A DNA stretch of 64,000 nucleotides from Lama guanicoe (lineage: Eukaryota), in assembly GCA_013239625.1 (NCBI GenBank), contig MU054001.1, positions 3,636,167-3,700,166 of the forward strand, in the 5' to 3' direction. Below, in pieces: positions 1-12,760 of this stretch (position 1 is the stretch's first letter; every line of letters starts with the position of its first letter). The notes under the pieces are model-generated. The model made no database searches, had not been told where the DNA came from, and was given only the letters and a program-made list of their open reading frames with translations. Made by a program: the position numbers and the translations under genes.

Positions 1-384
1 TAGCCGCCACTGGGTGATTGGGTGACTGGCCTCACCCAATCAATCAGACAGAGTTCCATCATGGACCGTTTTGCTATTTTCCACTGTGGAAAATCTGTTT
101 TCTGTTTGGGAGAGGGGAGCAGTCCCAAACCTAACTAATGTCAGGAAAAAGGGGAGGATTTGTCACTATTAAAACAGAGTAGTTGGCTCCCAGGGACCAA
201 ACCCTATACATCTTGGCCAAGGGTGCTAAGGAATCTGTGTTTCTGAAAAGCAGTAACCCGGTGTCTAAATGATCAAGTACAAAGAATCCTCCTCGCCCTA
301 ATGTGAGAATGACTCGGCCATGACTCCTCCATGTCATTGGGAACCACCACCAGGCACACAGACCCAAAGGGTATGCCAGCACCT

Positions 385-705
385 TCCCCAGGGCTTTGCA
401 TATGCTGCTCCCTCTTCCTTCCATGCTCTTCCACCTAAGGGTCACATGCTTCTCTCCCTCTGCTCAGACATGGCCTCCACCAGGAGATCTTTCCTGACCA
501 TCTTGTCCAAATCAGCCTCATTTTCATGACTCATGACTGTTTTTTTCTGATGCCAGGCATCCTATGGTTGTCAGTTTATGATCTGTTTCTCCCACTAGAA
601 TGTGAGCTTCCTGAAGGCAGGGACTCTGTCTCCTTCACCCCTGCATCTCCAGTACCTCCCATACAGTGGGTGTTTAGTGCTCATATGAAGTGAATAAATC
701 AATGT
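385..705 (+). mobile_element. L2 LINE 3' fragment
   Basis: ctcccactagaatgtgagcttcctgaaggcagggact...gaataaatcaatg matches the recalled L2 3' end. Confidence 0.7.
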
Positions 706-1011
706 AGAGGTCACTGCTCCCTTGTGAAGATTTTTGGAGGGTGCTCCCCGAGATGCTGTGAAGGGCCAGTCACAGGAGGACAGAACAGGGCACACTGATC
801 CCCTGGACCAGTGGCTTCCTCCCTCCTCAATCTCTGGCCCAGAAAAGGCCTGGCACAGGACACAGCCAGTTGAAGTTTGTTTGGGTGATGAATGACTGAA
901 TGACTTGACTGAGCAACTCGGTAAATCTCCCCTGGGATTAAGACCAGAGGTGGATCCGCTGGGGGGGCAACTGTGGAACCATGAGCAGTAATAATGTCAT
1001 CATTATCAGAG

Positions 1012-1185
1012 CTGTCATTTATTGATTGCTTATTATGTGCCAGACACAAACTAATCATTCCACATTCATTATCTCATTTAATCCTCACAAACCACCCATT
1101 AATCCATACTAGTATTGTCTCCATTTTACATATGAGAAAACTGAGACCTAGAGAGGTTAAGTAGCCAGCACAAAATGATACAGCA
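1012..1185 (-). mobile_element. MIR SINE
   Basis: atttaatcctcacaa...ccattttacatatgagaaaactgagacctagagaggttaagt is the reverse complement of the MIR core. Confidence 0.85.
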
Positions 1186-1439
1186 AGGACGAAGAACCAC
1201 TCAAACCCCGGCTGAGTGGAGGAGTGGCCTTCGAGATAACTATTTGAAAAGAAGAGGGAGCAGATGCAATTCTCACCTCGGAGACACGTGTGTCTGATGA
1301 TGGAGGCTTAGCCCATGCCCCCTAATACTCCAGGACATTCTAGCCGGGGAAGAGAAACATCCCTACTTCTGTGTTGATAGCTATAGCATAGCAAGCTCTC
1401 TCAAGAGAAAACACAGAAATACAGTTGAGTTGAGACTTC

Positions 1440-1590
1440 ATTCCTTTGTTCATTCATTAATTCAGCTGTTTTACTGAGTTCCCACCATGTGTCAGGCACT
1501 GCTTTAGGGGCTGGGGGTTCCAGCAGCGCACTGGGTAGAGAGGATCCCTGCCTTCCCAGAACTTACCGTCTGCTGGGAGAGATAACAGTA
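1440..1590 (-). mobile_element. L2 LINE 3' end
   Basis: cattcatt...tactgag...tgtgtcaggcactg...ccctgccttc, the antisense L2 tail pattern. Confidence 0.7.
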
Positions 1591-3078
1591 CAGGGGTACA
1601 AGCCGGGAGCTGAGAGAACAAACAGCAGGAGAACAGAGGCTCCTCTAGAGATTTCCACAAAGGGAGGGCAGGAGAGGGCAGGTAAAGGTGCTGGGGAGGA
1701 GGAGGAGTGAGCCTGGCTTTAAGGAACGGAATTCACGTGCCCAAGAGAGGAGGCAATGCCAGTGGAGGAAATGGGTCCCTACTTGGAAGAGGGGCACAGA
1801 CCCTGTGCTCAGACTTAAGAAGGATATCAGTTGCCCAAAGGCACACAGCCAAAGCAAGGAGGGGGGCAGAATCCCTGCTCAAGGACCCGCTGCAAGCTGC
1901 GTGCCCAGGAGCTACATGCACCAGAGCAGACGCCTTTTCCAAGCTCACACCAGGTCCCCCGTGGACCAGCAGTTACCCTCATCAGCTCACGTGATAAACA
2001 TGGCCCCAGTGTGTTTCTTGTCGTTGGAAGTAGCCTGGACTCTGGAGGGCCAAAACAATTATTTTCCTCTCTGGCTGCACAGTGGGGACAACCATGGTCA
2101 GGTGACTGCCCTTCGGAGCTCTGAGGTTCCATCCTTAAACCAGTGCAAACCCCCTAACCTCTCGTGGGAAGAAATGGCCAGGACCCATTTCTCTCCCCCA
2201 TCTTTAAAGTCCCTTTCATAAAGTCATCTTCATTTCTGTTTCAAATCCATCACAAATGCCATTTTTAAATTTCTCTTGCTTCTCCCATTTCTTAGGATTC
2301 CCCCCAAAATTTCTGACAAATAATCATTGAATGGACTTACACTACCACAAGTAAAGGCCCTGCCCCTGACGGGTCCAGGCAGAGGCTGGGTCCTCCCAGG
2401 GCTGAGTCCCCGCCTGGGCAGGAAGCGGGTGATGAAGTTCATGTGAAGAAAAATGAAGGCCTCTCTCTCTGCGATTCAACACCCCACCATCTGCTCTGAC
2501 CCGGAGCCAGGATCGGTGGCCGGTATCTCAGTGGCTGTTTTCCCTGACAGCTCGCATGCCGGAGCTCATTCATCAATTTCTATACGACCAAATCAGTTGG
2601 TGGAAAACTCGCATGAGTTCCTGAATCCGGGGGCAAAAGGGGGACACAGTGAGATACAAGACAGACTTTTCCCCTGATGGTAGGAAAGTTTCCAGCTGCC
2701 CCCCGCCCCCGCCACCAGGCCTCCCTTCCGGTCCCCAGCCACAGTCTCACTTTTTCCATGGCCTTATCAAGTCCTGATAGGCAGGGACTAATCCAGCATT
2801 TGAGGGAAAAGGAAGCTCTGGGAAAACCACAGCCCACCAGGTCCCCCCACCACACACACGTGCAGCCCCACAGAGGCTCAGCCAGGCCCTCCAAGCATGA
2901 CGTCACCCAGCTCCTCAGCCCACTGCACACATGGACTCTGGAACAGGGAGGAAGCGGAGCAGGACAGGAAGTCGTCAGTGATGGAAAGCCAGGGATACTC
3001 TGACCAAGCCTGGCTTTGGCCTCCAAAATGGAGGAGGAAGATGAAACTTCCTGAAAAGGTCTCTCTGTAGCCTCTGAG

Positions 3079-3492
3079 TGTAGCTGTTAGTCATTAGTGC
3101 TACTCACCAAGTATTTCTGTTTCTCCTCCCTCCTGGGCTCCAGGGAGGATTGTACTTCCTGCCACTCAATCCCACCCATGGGTGGAGGGGACACTGTGTT
3201 CAGTGACTAGTGGAAGTGACATGCAATATTGCCTGGCTCAGGATGTAACTGCCAGTGGGAGGTCTTGTGGATTTTGCTATCCCTTTTATTTCTGGTACTG
3301 TGATCAGCAGTGTTTGAGATGATGGTAACTCTCATCATTTAGATGCCTGGTGACTAGAGGATGGACAGGGCCCTTCCACACACCACGATGGACATACAGT
3401 ATCAACAAGACACGAACCTGTATTGATTGATGTTTCTGAAACTTGGTGCTGTTTGTTACTGCCACACAACATAGCCTATACTGACTGAGACA
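3079..3492 (+). mobile_element. MaLR LTR (old MLT1 subfamily)
   Basis: TG...CA ends; 3' end tgtttgttactg...catagcctatactgactgagaca typical of MLT1. Confidence 0.75.
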
Positions 3493-3594
3493 ATGGTGGA
3501 GAACCATAGAGATCAGTTTCATGTCTCAGGACTCCCAGATTAGTGCTCTTTCCTCCTCAGCTTTTCTTAATAACATTGGTAATAACTTTATGAA

Positions 3595-3715
3595 CTTGAA
3601 CCCCTTAATTAAATTTCTCTGAATCTTCTTATTCTTACCTATAAAATGAGAATAATGATACTTACCTCTCAATATCTTAAGAGGATTCAATGAGATAATG
3701 CATGTAGGGTCTAGC
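3595..3715 (+). mobile_element. MIR SINE fragment
   Basis: cctataaaatgagaataatgatacttacctc...gaggattcaatgagataatgcatgta. Confidence 0.65.
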
Positions 3716-3736
3716 CTGTTGTCTACACTCTTTCTG

Positions 3737-3790
3737 GTATTTCATTGATTCTAAAATGCCTGTTTTTTCAAATTCAACATTTCTGACATT
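3737..3790 (+). mobile_element. Tigger13-like terminal fragment
   Basis: gtatttcattgattctaaaatgc...ttttttca...aacatttctga resembles the start of the Tigger element at 14560. Confidence 0.4.
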
Positions 3791-4244
3791 TACAAACAAT
3801 ACCATCCTCCAACTAACCAAATGTTGTCAGAGTTAATTAAATACAGCAGTTCACAATCAGTAAACAGTAGCAATTATTCTTATCTTTCATCTTATCTCTT
3901 AAACTTTTTCTGGGTTTGTTTTACACCTGGAAAATGGGAATTATAATCTCAGAGGAGCTGATGAAGTAGAAATGCTTTCAGAGGATTAAGCTTTCTGGTA
4001 GTAGAATGGGTAGTAGCCCTCGGGGACACTGCCTCCAGGAAGCCTTCCTGATCACACCCTTTCAAAGCCTGTGCATTTAGAACATTTAGTTCCAGCAGAG
4101 CCATTGAGGATGCAGTATTGAAGGCCTGGTGAGAAATAACTGAGCCAGATGCACACAGCAGTGCCCAGCCAATGCCCAGCTGATGCAGAAATATTCATCC
4201 AGATCCACGCTGATATGCAAAAGTTATCTCTCAGAAGCCATGAG

Positions 4245-4742
4245 CCCTGAGACAACCTATTTCTCCTTTAGGGACCTCAGATTTATCATCTACAACATGA
4301 GGACATTAATGGACTTCTTACAAGGAGATTGTAAGGGCTCATGGGAAAAAAACATATATGTAAAGATCAGAACTGTGCTGTCCAATATTGTAGCCACTGC
4401 CCACATGGGGCTTTTGAACACCCGAAACAAGGCCAGTCCAAACTGAGTGTGCTATAAGTACACAATATACGCCATGTTTTAGAAACTGAGTATGAAAAAG
4501 AATGTAAAATATCTCATTAATAACTTTTATATTGATACTGAAATGATAACATTGTTGAAATGATAATATTTTGGATCTATTGAGTTAAGTAAGATACACT
4601 ATTAAAAGTGATTTCAATACTTTCTTTTTACTATTTCTCATGTGGCTACTGGAAAATTTTAAATTACATTTACAGCTTGCATTTGTGACTGAATCATATT
4701 GGTCTAGGGTAAGGCCTGGCCCCTAATAGATACTCAGTAAAA
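4245..4742 (+). mobile_element. MIR SINE split by a MER33 insertion
   Basis: MIR core (cctcagatttatcatctacaacatgagg...atgtaaag) stops at 4372 and resumes with ggcctggc...tagatactcagtaaa after about 4705. Confidence 0.6.
4373..4702 (-). mobile_element. MER33 (hAT-Charlie non-autonomous DNA transposon)
   Basis: Starts ctgtgctgtccaata; internal aaaagaatgtaaaatatctcattaataa and atgtggctactggaaaattttaaattaca match recalled MER33. Confidence 0.85.
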
Positions 4743-5869
4743 CTGGACAGAGACAGGGTGCTGGGGGCTGTCACGGGAGACTTCCAGGATTGCCTCGGGG
4801 AATGTACTAAGGAGGGAAAGAAAACATGCTAATGTGGGAAAAGTTGTCTTAATAGTTTCAGTCTGAAATGCTTCCCTAAAATTTTAATTGTGGGGAGAGA
4901 CGATGGCGAAACATTTTCTCTTTTATCTCCCATGCCTGCGCTCCCTCCCTTAACCATACGGGTGCTCATTGCATCTCAGGCCGCAGAGATGATGTTTTCT
5001 GTGACCTTGTTTGTCCTTCTCACTAAAATGCCAGCTCCCCCCAAGCCGGCCCTGTATCTGTCATGGTCAGTTTTTATCCCTGGCATCTATCACGGTGTCT
5101 GGCTCAAACAAGGTACTCAATAAATGTGTGTGCAAAGAATAAATAATTTCTCCAGAGGGTCTTAAGACATTTGGACATTTACTGCTCTTTGTTTACCCCC
5201 CGACCCCATATCTGTATAGAGAGTGGTGTTTTATAGGAGCAAGCACTTGGTGTTCGCACTCCAAACTCTCAGGCAGGAAGAGAACATATTCAGCCTCTGT
5301 GTCTCCATCTGTCAAATGGGACTATTTCCTACTTAATATTTACTTCACACAGCTGTTGTGGGACCAGATAACAAAGGTGGGCAGTGAATAAAGCAGGTGA
5401 GAGATGGGGAAGTGCAAGCTAGCTCAGCTTGCCACGGAAATGAGCTTCTTTCAGGTAACATTGAGAAAGTGATTTTGCTCTTGATATTTTATGATGTTCT
5501 CAGCTGCATCAGGCTAAGAGAGAAGCACTGACCTCCTTTCTCTGGGAAGGGTACCTTCCTTGTGTGGATCTGAGCTGAAAGCTGCTTTTCCCCAAAAGGA
5601 AGAAACATCAACTTAGGCACCGTCTTTGTGAAACTCTTACCCTCTGGGAGAGATGGGAGATGTTTCCATTTCCCCTCTTATGACTGTTAGTGTGGGGCTT
5701 CCGGAAGTATTTTGTACATGACCAACCCCTAGACATAGAAATGTGATAATAGTCACCATGATTATGATAGAGGTGATTTTTTCTTTTTTTTTGGCCTGTC
5801 AAAGAACAGAGTAGAAGTAAATCTTTGGGTGAAAGTTACAAAAAGATGCATTTGTTGTGGTACAAGATC

Positions 5870-6070
5870 ACTCAACTTGGAGCAGAAGACTTGAATTCTG
5901 GTCCAGGTTCTGTGCTTTTGAGCCTCAGTTTCCTCAATAGTACAATGGGGGTGGGCTGGTCCCTGTCCTGCCCATCTTGAAGAGTCAGTGAAAGATAAGA
6001 GATGACAATGGATGTAAAATCACTTTATGAGCCTTGATACCACTTACAAATGCAAAGCATTATTGATTAT
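5870..6070 (+). mobile_element. MIR-family SINE
   Basis: gagcctcagtttcctcaatagtacaatgggg...ggatgtaaaatcacttt. Confidence 0.6.
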
Positions 6071-8429
6071 CGTTAGAGTATCTGTTAGCAAAATAGGCTG
6101 TCTTATGAAGCCACGTCGATTGGACAAAAATGATTTGGAGCAAGACTGGGTCTTGGAAATCAGGTAACAGCCATCTAGCTGAGCCTTAGATCAGAAAGAT
6201 TTCCAAGCAGTGTGAATACACAAGAGCTCAGGCTGTGGCGGGCTCAGGAGCAGAGCTGGGTCCAGAGCATTAGCCCTGAGCAGACGGAAGTGCAGGATGC
6301 TGCCTTGGCCTCTGAATGCCCAGGGGAGCGAGGCTGAGCCTCCCCGACTCCCCTAGTTCCATGTTCTAGGCTTGAAACTGTCCCCTGAAGATAGTGGCTT
6401 CCTTAGAGGGCCCAGGCATGTTTCAGTTTGAGGATGCGATGTGGTGAGTGCCAGAGCAGAAGTCTCTAATTAATGGCTGGCGTGGGTCTTTGGACATCAA
6501 ACAGCTCTTGGAAATAATGTTTTGAGGAGCTAAGTGTCAATGAATGGAAACACATGGGTTAAATTTCCGTAAAATACATATGGATATAAAAATAAAAGAA
6601 AGGCTTGGGGCTCCGCATGCTAAGATTCACTTTACCTAGAACAAAATAAAAACTTCTGCGGACGTGGACCTAGCCCAAAAGAACTCTTTTCCCCCAGGCC
6701 CCAGTAGCATCCTCTAATTCCAGAAAGACAGGCTGTGAGGAAGAGATGGAGTGGAATGGAAGAGAAGAGGGGTCACCTAACCAGACAGGACACAAAGCTG
6801 TGCTAGATGTGGCTGTTAACACCTCTGTTGCCAGTGGATGGAGGGAACGGATGGACATGACAGCCCTTCAAAACTCTGGCCATGGAGCAGTAGGGAACAG
6901 GTCTATTTCAAAAGCCAGCCGCTGGTCCTGGGCCGCCGCTCAGCCAGCGAGCTCTAGAGCTGACTGTGATGCTTCAGAAGAAATGCAAGCTAAATAATGT
7001 TTAATTGACAGAGCAGCTTGTTTACTTTCGAATAATTGCACTAAATTGCAGTGCTTAAAAAGTACTTAGACTTTGCCACTTGGCTCTGCCGGCCTGCTCA
7101 AGTGGGGATGAGGGGGCGGGCCCGGGGAAGGGTAGGAGACCCTTGCAACCGACAGAGGCGAAAATGGGCTGCTGGAAAGGTCTGTGGGGTAGCTGGCCAC
7201 GAGCCCCCACCTCTCCTGGCCTTGCTGGGGCTCCTGCATCAGGGGGCAGCTCACCTGAGTTCTCGCTGAGCTTTGGATACCCACCCCTCTCCCGGACAGT
7301 GCGCTTTGTCCTCAGTGGATGGAACCCCTGGCAGCCCTGGAGGGAACCCAGGCCTGTTGCCCACATCGTGATGTTAACAGTTGTACAAACTCACTACTTT
7401 GAGAGGAAGTATCATTCCTATCATGACGGGTGAGCCAGGGAGCCTGGGCACGGACCGGGAACCCCCCAAAGATGTGAACAGGCGGACAAGCAGAGCTGAT
7501 TTTTCAGCAGGTCATTAAAGTTGAAATACTTCTGTGCTGGTTCGAATACAGCTGTGGCCTGAGCTCCTGAGTCCCTCTGCCTTCCTGGCTGCCCCATACC
7601 CTTTCCTGGGACCCCCACGACCACAATTCAGAAATGAAAGTGTCGACCCTAAGCACAGAAGGGGTCCCTCAGGACCCTACACTATCCAAAACCTGGGCAG
7701 TGTCATCCTGGCTGGTGATGCCACAGCAGGGCACTTGTTCAATGCTGTCACACCACTCCGACAACTGCCCATGACCGGCTAGGCGATGGAGTGAGGCGGA
7801 GGCCAGCCAGGTGGGGCCATTTCAGGGAAGTGAATAAAACCCAATCCCAGGCTGGGCCGTTTGATATATTTGGCACTACAGGCAAAATAGCTAAGCTTTA
7901 TTTTCACAGACCCTTACTTTTCAAAAAAAAAAATCTTTCTGGCTCTAAAATACCAAAAGAAAACCCACAAAAATTAAAATTAATATATGTTTAAATATCT
8001 ACAGACTATAAGCCAACATCAATGACTCCACTGTAAGCCAGCTCAATTTGTGGAGAGTTATATAAAAATTAGGTTTAATGTGGACTGTGGGTGAGTTTTC
8101 ATTAGTTCGATAAGGGGGCAGGGACTTCTAAAGGAAAGAGTCCTTGGGGTCAGTGGGGCCATCAAAGCCTCAAACCCGGTCCCAAGAAGGCAGTTCCAGT
8201 CCCCATGACCCATGCCTTCTGCTCCTCTGAGCCGCTGACTGTCCCCTTGCAGGGCTGCCCGCTTCCTTGGCCCATTTGACGTGATGGGATGCGTCCTCTT
8301 CCTACTCCCCTGACCATTTGTTGCTAGCTCTCTTGCTGTGGTATTTTTGGTATTTGAACTTGAACTGTGAGTATTTGCCCTAACTCAGCCTCAGCTCCCT
8401 CCTCCCACACTCTCTCCCTCCAAAAGATC

Positions 8430-9770
8430 ATCCGCGCTGGCTGTATCAGCCATCACCTTGATGTGGCCAGCTTCCAGACCCACGTCTGTCCTCAGCCCCA
8501 GCCTCCACCTGAGTCCAGACACCTATCTCCACGCGTGACTGAATGCTTCCTCTCTCAGGTCCCCCACAACACTCTCGTCCAAAGCCACCTCCCTTTACCC
8601 GAACTGCTGTGCTCCACCCTTCCAGCCACACCCCATCTCTTCTACAGCGAACAATATCCAAAACATTTTCTCCTCCTTCTAGAATGCCAAGTCATCCCTG
8701 ACCTCTTCCTCTTCATCTTTCTGTCCATTAGTCCACTTTGCACAGCACATTCCTTCTATCCTTTTATTAGTGCTCACGTCGGTCCATCCCTCTCATCCCC
8801 AATCCCACCGTCTTAGTCCAAGGCAGCACGGCAAGCTGGTTTCTTCTCAAGTCCCAGCTCTGACCTGTAGGAGGTAATCACCTGGAGTTCAGGGTGGAGA
8901 AGATTTCCAGACTACGTTTGGCCTCAATGGGAAGGTCGGCCATGATCAATTAGTAATGTCTGCCGTGGACACAGGAACAGAGGGCAGTGGTCAGAGCCTG
9001 GCCATCCTCAATCTTGGCCTTTTCAAATTGGCACTTGCACAGAGGTGAGTTGCTACCTGCCTGACCTCCCAGCCTTCAAGGGTGCCCTTCCTTCACATTG
9101 ACTTGTGCACTGTAACAACATCAACCAGGAACAATACTTGCATTCAACCAACCCCTGCCCAGAAACCATCTTTGACAGTTTATCCAACACGAGGTCAAGC
9201 CCAGTACTTCCTGGCTGGCATTTGGAGCCCATGTGGTCTGACTCCAACTTCCTTCTTGCCCTTAGTTTCTCGCTAACCCCACTGTGCCAACACCTCGTTC
9301 CAACAAACCAGACTAGTCATCGCTCCCTGACTGTGTCCTGCTCCTCCTACCTCCACATTATTGCTCACAAGCCTCTACCAGCCTGGAGTCCCCTCCCCTT
9401 TCCACTCCCACCGACCCACGTCTTCCACTCAAGTGTCAGGCTTGCTTAATAATAGCTGACTTGCTGAAAGTTCTCTCTGTGACGAGTGTGATTCTAAGTG
9501 ATTCACTCAGATGAACTCATTTGACCCCTGCAACAAAGCTATGAGGGAAATATCTATTCTGATCATTCCTATTTTACAGATGAGGAAACTGAGGCACAGA
9601 GAGGTTAAGTAACTAATCCAAGGTCACAGAGCTTATCAGGGGCAGAGGTGGAATAAGAACTCAGGAAGTCTAGCTCCAGAGTCTATACCTTGGTTATCAT
9701 GTTACCTTGTCCCTTAAGTCTCACCTCTTCCAGGCAGACCTCCTTACATGCAGCCCCTCCTCTGTGGTGA
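8430..9770 (+). mobile_element. Fragmented L2 LINE, interrupted by other repeats
   Basis: Pyrimidine-rich L2-like segments at about 8430-8830, 9230-9445 and 9710-9770. Confidence 0.55.
9450..9700 (-). mobile_element. MIR SINE (near full length)
   Basis: attttacagatgaggaaactgaggcacagagaggttaagtaact...ccaaggtcacagagc, almost the consensus MIR core. Confidence 0.9.
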
Positions 9771-11629
9771 CTACTGTCTGGGCCACTTGGCTTTGACCAT
9801 ATGCTACCTTTGCTCAACACCATTAGCCTCCTTTGCTATATTTCAGGTATCAGTGAAGACAAGAACAAATCAAGCCCTTGGGTCAGAAGTAATAGCATTA
9901 ATGACACAAGAACTAACAACCATCTAGTCCCTCCCAAGTTCTGAGAATTCTCTCTCGTGGTGATTTATACCTATTATTTTATTTTATTTCCCTCTGAGAG
10001 GCAGAAGGGTATTACTATCCATACTTAATATATAAGGAAACTGGGACCAGAAAAGTTAAGAAATTTACTTAAGCTCACACAGCAATCAGCCATCCTTTCC
10101 CCGCTTCCGGACAACTTTCTTTCTCTGGGTTTACAGGGAAGATGAGAGTGTGGAGAGGGTGGGTTTTACTTTTCTGTCCTGATGCACTGAAGTGTCGAGA
10201 GGATGAGACCCGTTTGCAGTGCACAGGAGGACACGGATGTCCAGAGCGGCAGGACACAGCTACAGCCTCAGACAAATCTGCAGTAAAAGTGGACACAGTC
10301 TGGGTGGTGTCTTGGCCCAGACTCCTCCTCTTTCTGGCTTTTCCTTTCTCTGCTGTTTTTCCTTCATTTATATCTTTTTTCCTGATCTTCCCACCTCCTA
10401 TAAAATGTGACTTTAGACATCTCTGTGGGAATATGCCTGCCAGGCCCTCTTCATCAGAAAGGCAGCCGCAAGGAGCCACTCGTGGCAGATGCTCAGGTGC
10501 AGACGTCTGGGGCGGGGGGGGGGGTGGTGCCTGGAAATGAGTCCAGGTGATCCCCAGAGAAGCGATGTCTCAAAACAGAGGATGCCGAATTCATTTCCAG
10601 GATGGAAATCACATCTGTGCTTTTGAGTAACAGGGGGAGCCCCAAAGACCCCCTACTGCCGCCAGCAACCAGCCCAGTCAACTCCGTCAACAGAGTGAGT
10701 TCATAAACCATTCTGATCCGAGATCATTTGTATTACCTGAGTTTCCCTGAAAATCCTACATGAGGGTGATTGCCAGCTTCTAAATTTAGGCGTTTGTGGG
10801 CGCCTGTTGGCAGAGAGAAGAAAGACTTGCTTCACTGCTGTGGTTTGCCTTGAAACTCAGTCAAGCCCCAAATTCTAAACACAAAGCAGCTGTTTGCCCA
10901 GAATCGGAGCTGGGATGTTTCATATCGATGGCTCTTCCCATCCCCACCTCCACCCACCGCCAACCCTGCCACCTCTCCTCTTTTCTTCTCTCTCCTTTTT
11001 CATTGCTAAAGTGCCAAAAAAGCTCCGTGTGAATGAAAACGGGGATGGGTGCACATTCAAGCCAGCATTATCTGCCATAGACGATCACGGATGCTGGGGC
11101 AGGCCTGCGGGCAAGCCATCCAGGCAGACCTGCCCCAGCGCCACTGTTTACAGAAGAAAGGAAAAAATAGAAATCGATCTGCAGCCTTGGTACAGGGGCC
11201 GGGTCAGGTGGGCCAGAGGATTCAGTTGCCACTCTTTCAGCCCCATGAAATGCCAACTGATCTCTATCGGGCCCCAACCTGGGGTATCTTTAAGGTAAAT
11301 CTCCTGTTCCACACTCGGAGCCAGAGCCCTACTTTCCGATGCCTTGGGCAGAGCTGTCCACCACTGAATCTGCCCCGATCGGGTGACGTCTCGGGTACCG
11401 GGTACCGGAGCGAGGCAGGCATTCTGACACGCCCCCCTCCCTGTGGCTGGTCTGGAGGAAGGTTCCTTTCCTAGACCTGGCTCCAACTGTTTCCATAAAG
11501 CTGTGTCACATTGGCATGATGAAGTCCCACAGAGTCTGGCCTCCTCCTCTGAAATGCCCGATTCTCGAAATCATTAAAAATCAGGGGACAGTGGATGTCA
11601 TAGTGTCATCCTGATGGGAACATGCTGCT

Positions 11630-11735
11630 GCCCATTTTACAGATGAAGAGGCTGAGGTGAAGAGGTTCAGGAACTTTCCCAAGGTCACGTCACTGAAGCA
11701 ACAAAGTGAGAATTTGGATGAAAGTACACCTGGTC
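11630..11735 (-). mobile_element. MIR SINE fragment
   Basis: cccattttacagatgaagaggctgagg...ttcccaaggtcac. Confidence 0.75.
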
Positions 11736-12519
11736 CTAAAGTTTATTTCTCCTCCTCACCCCGACACCTCCTACCAACATCAGTGTTTCTTGATAGCAAC
11801 TTACAGTTTATTTCTAGGTGTCTACACTTCCCAGGCCTCGGGTTCTCCATCAGTAAATGAGGCAGCTGGAGGAAAGCAGCTCTGGCATTTTCTTTCCAGC
11901 TCGGATATTTCTGAAATCGTGTGTCTATGGATACAGTCAGGGGCTTTTGAGCAATAAATCAAGATGTGTGAAAATGACAAATCAGCAATAGAAGCCAGGA
12001 TTCACAGTGGCTGGGGCCCTTAAGCCGTGCTCTGTGAAAATAAAGACTGACTTGAGAGGTTTACTGTTGGCGGGCCAGGTGCCCAGCTGAACACGGTTCC
12101 TGCCCTGACGTCCTTGCACGGAGGCTCCGGAACATGTCTGGATGGAATGAGCTCTCTCTGCCCGTCAGGGTCCTGGTTCCATGTGAACCCTCAGTGGGCC
12201 ACGGCCAGGAGCCACGTGGGGCGGCATCAGACCGGGTGGCAGCCAGATTTGGCAGGCCCCAGGGTGTTTTCTTTGCACAGGGAGCTCCAAGGAACTAGCT
12301 TTCCAACCCTCCTTGGCTCCCATCTATAGCCTTCACCTTCCCTCTCCTGCTCCCCCTCTTCCCGCTCTCAACGAGTGTGGCGGGAACCTGGCCAACAGCT
12401 GGGAGAAAATGAAGACATTTCGCAAATGGCATGTTCCAGTAGCTGAGCCCTGGCAGCCAGAGCCTGGGGGGAGCGGGGCCAATCCCTGTCCATCCCCTAA
12501 ATATCCGAAGTATGTTCCC

Positions 12520-12760
12520 TCCTTGGCCGCAAAACCACAGCAATGTCTCCCTTCCCCCTCTCCGCCCTCGGACCCGGGCTCTGCGAGGAGATCAGCCCGC
12601 CGCAAGGTCCCCGAGGCGCCACCGCTGTTGAGGGCGGGGCCTCGGCCAGCTTGGCGCTCGTGGGGCCCCAGGGCTGGCGCGGGCCACCAGCGGCACGTCT
12701 GTCCTGCCCAAGCTCCCGCCTGCGCTGGCCTGGCCGCCATTTCAGGAGCACCGCAAGGTC
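12520..12760. promoter_or_regulatory. Small CpG-island-like GC-rich element
   Basis: Locally dense CpG; GC box gggcgggg, aaccaca (RUNX-type) and gccgccattt (YY1-type) motifs. Confidence 0.45.

Noticed and set aside
7848..8185. Possible hAT-Tip100-type transposon relic (similar doubts near 8895-8990 and 29570-29720)
   Set aside because: Termini too degraded for me to assign a family by eye; needs RepeatMasker
11392..11408. cgggtac twice (two KpnI sites) suggesting a cloning linker
   Set aside because: A 7-bp slippage duplication with no vector sequence around it
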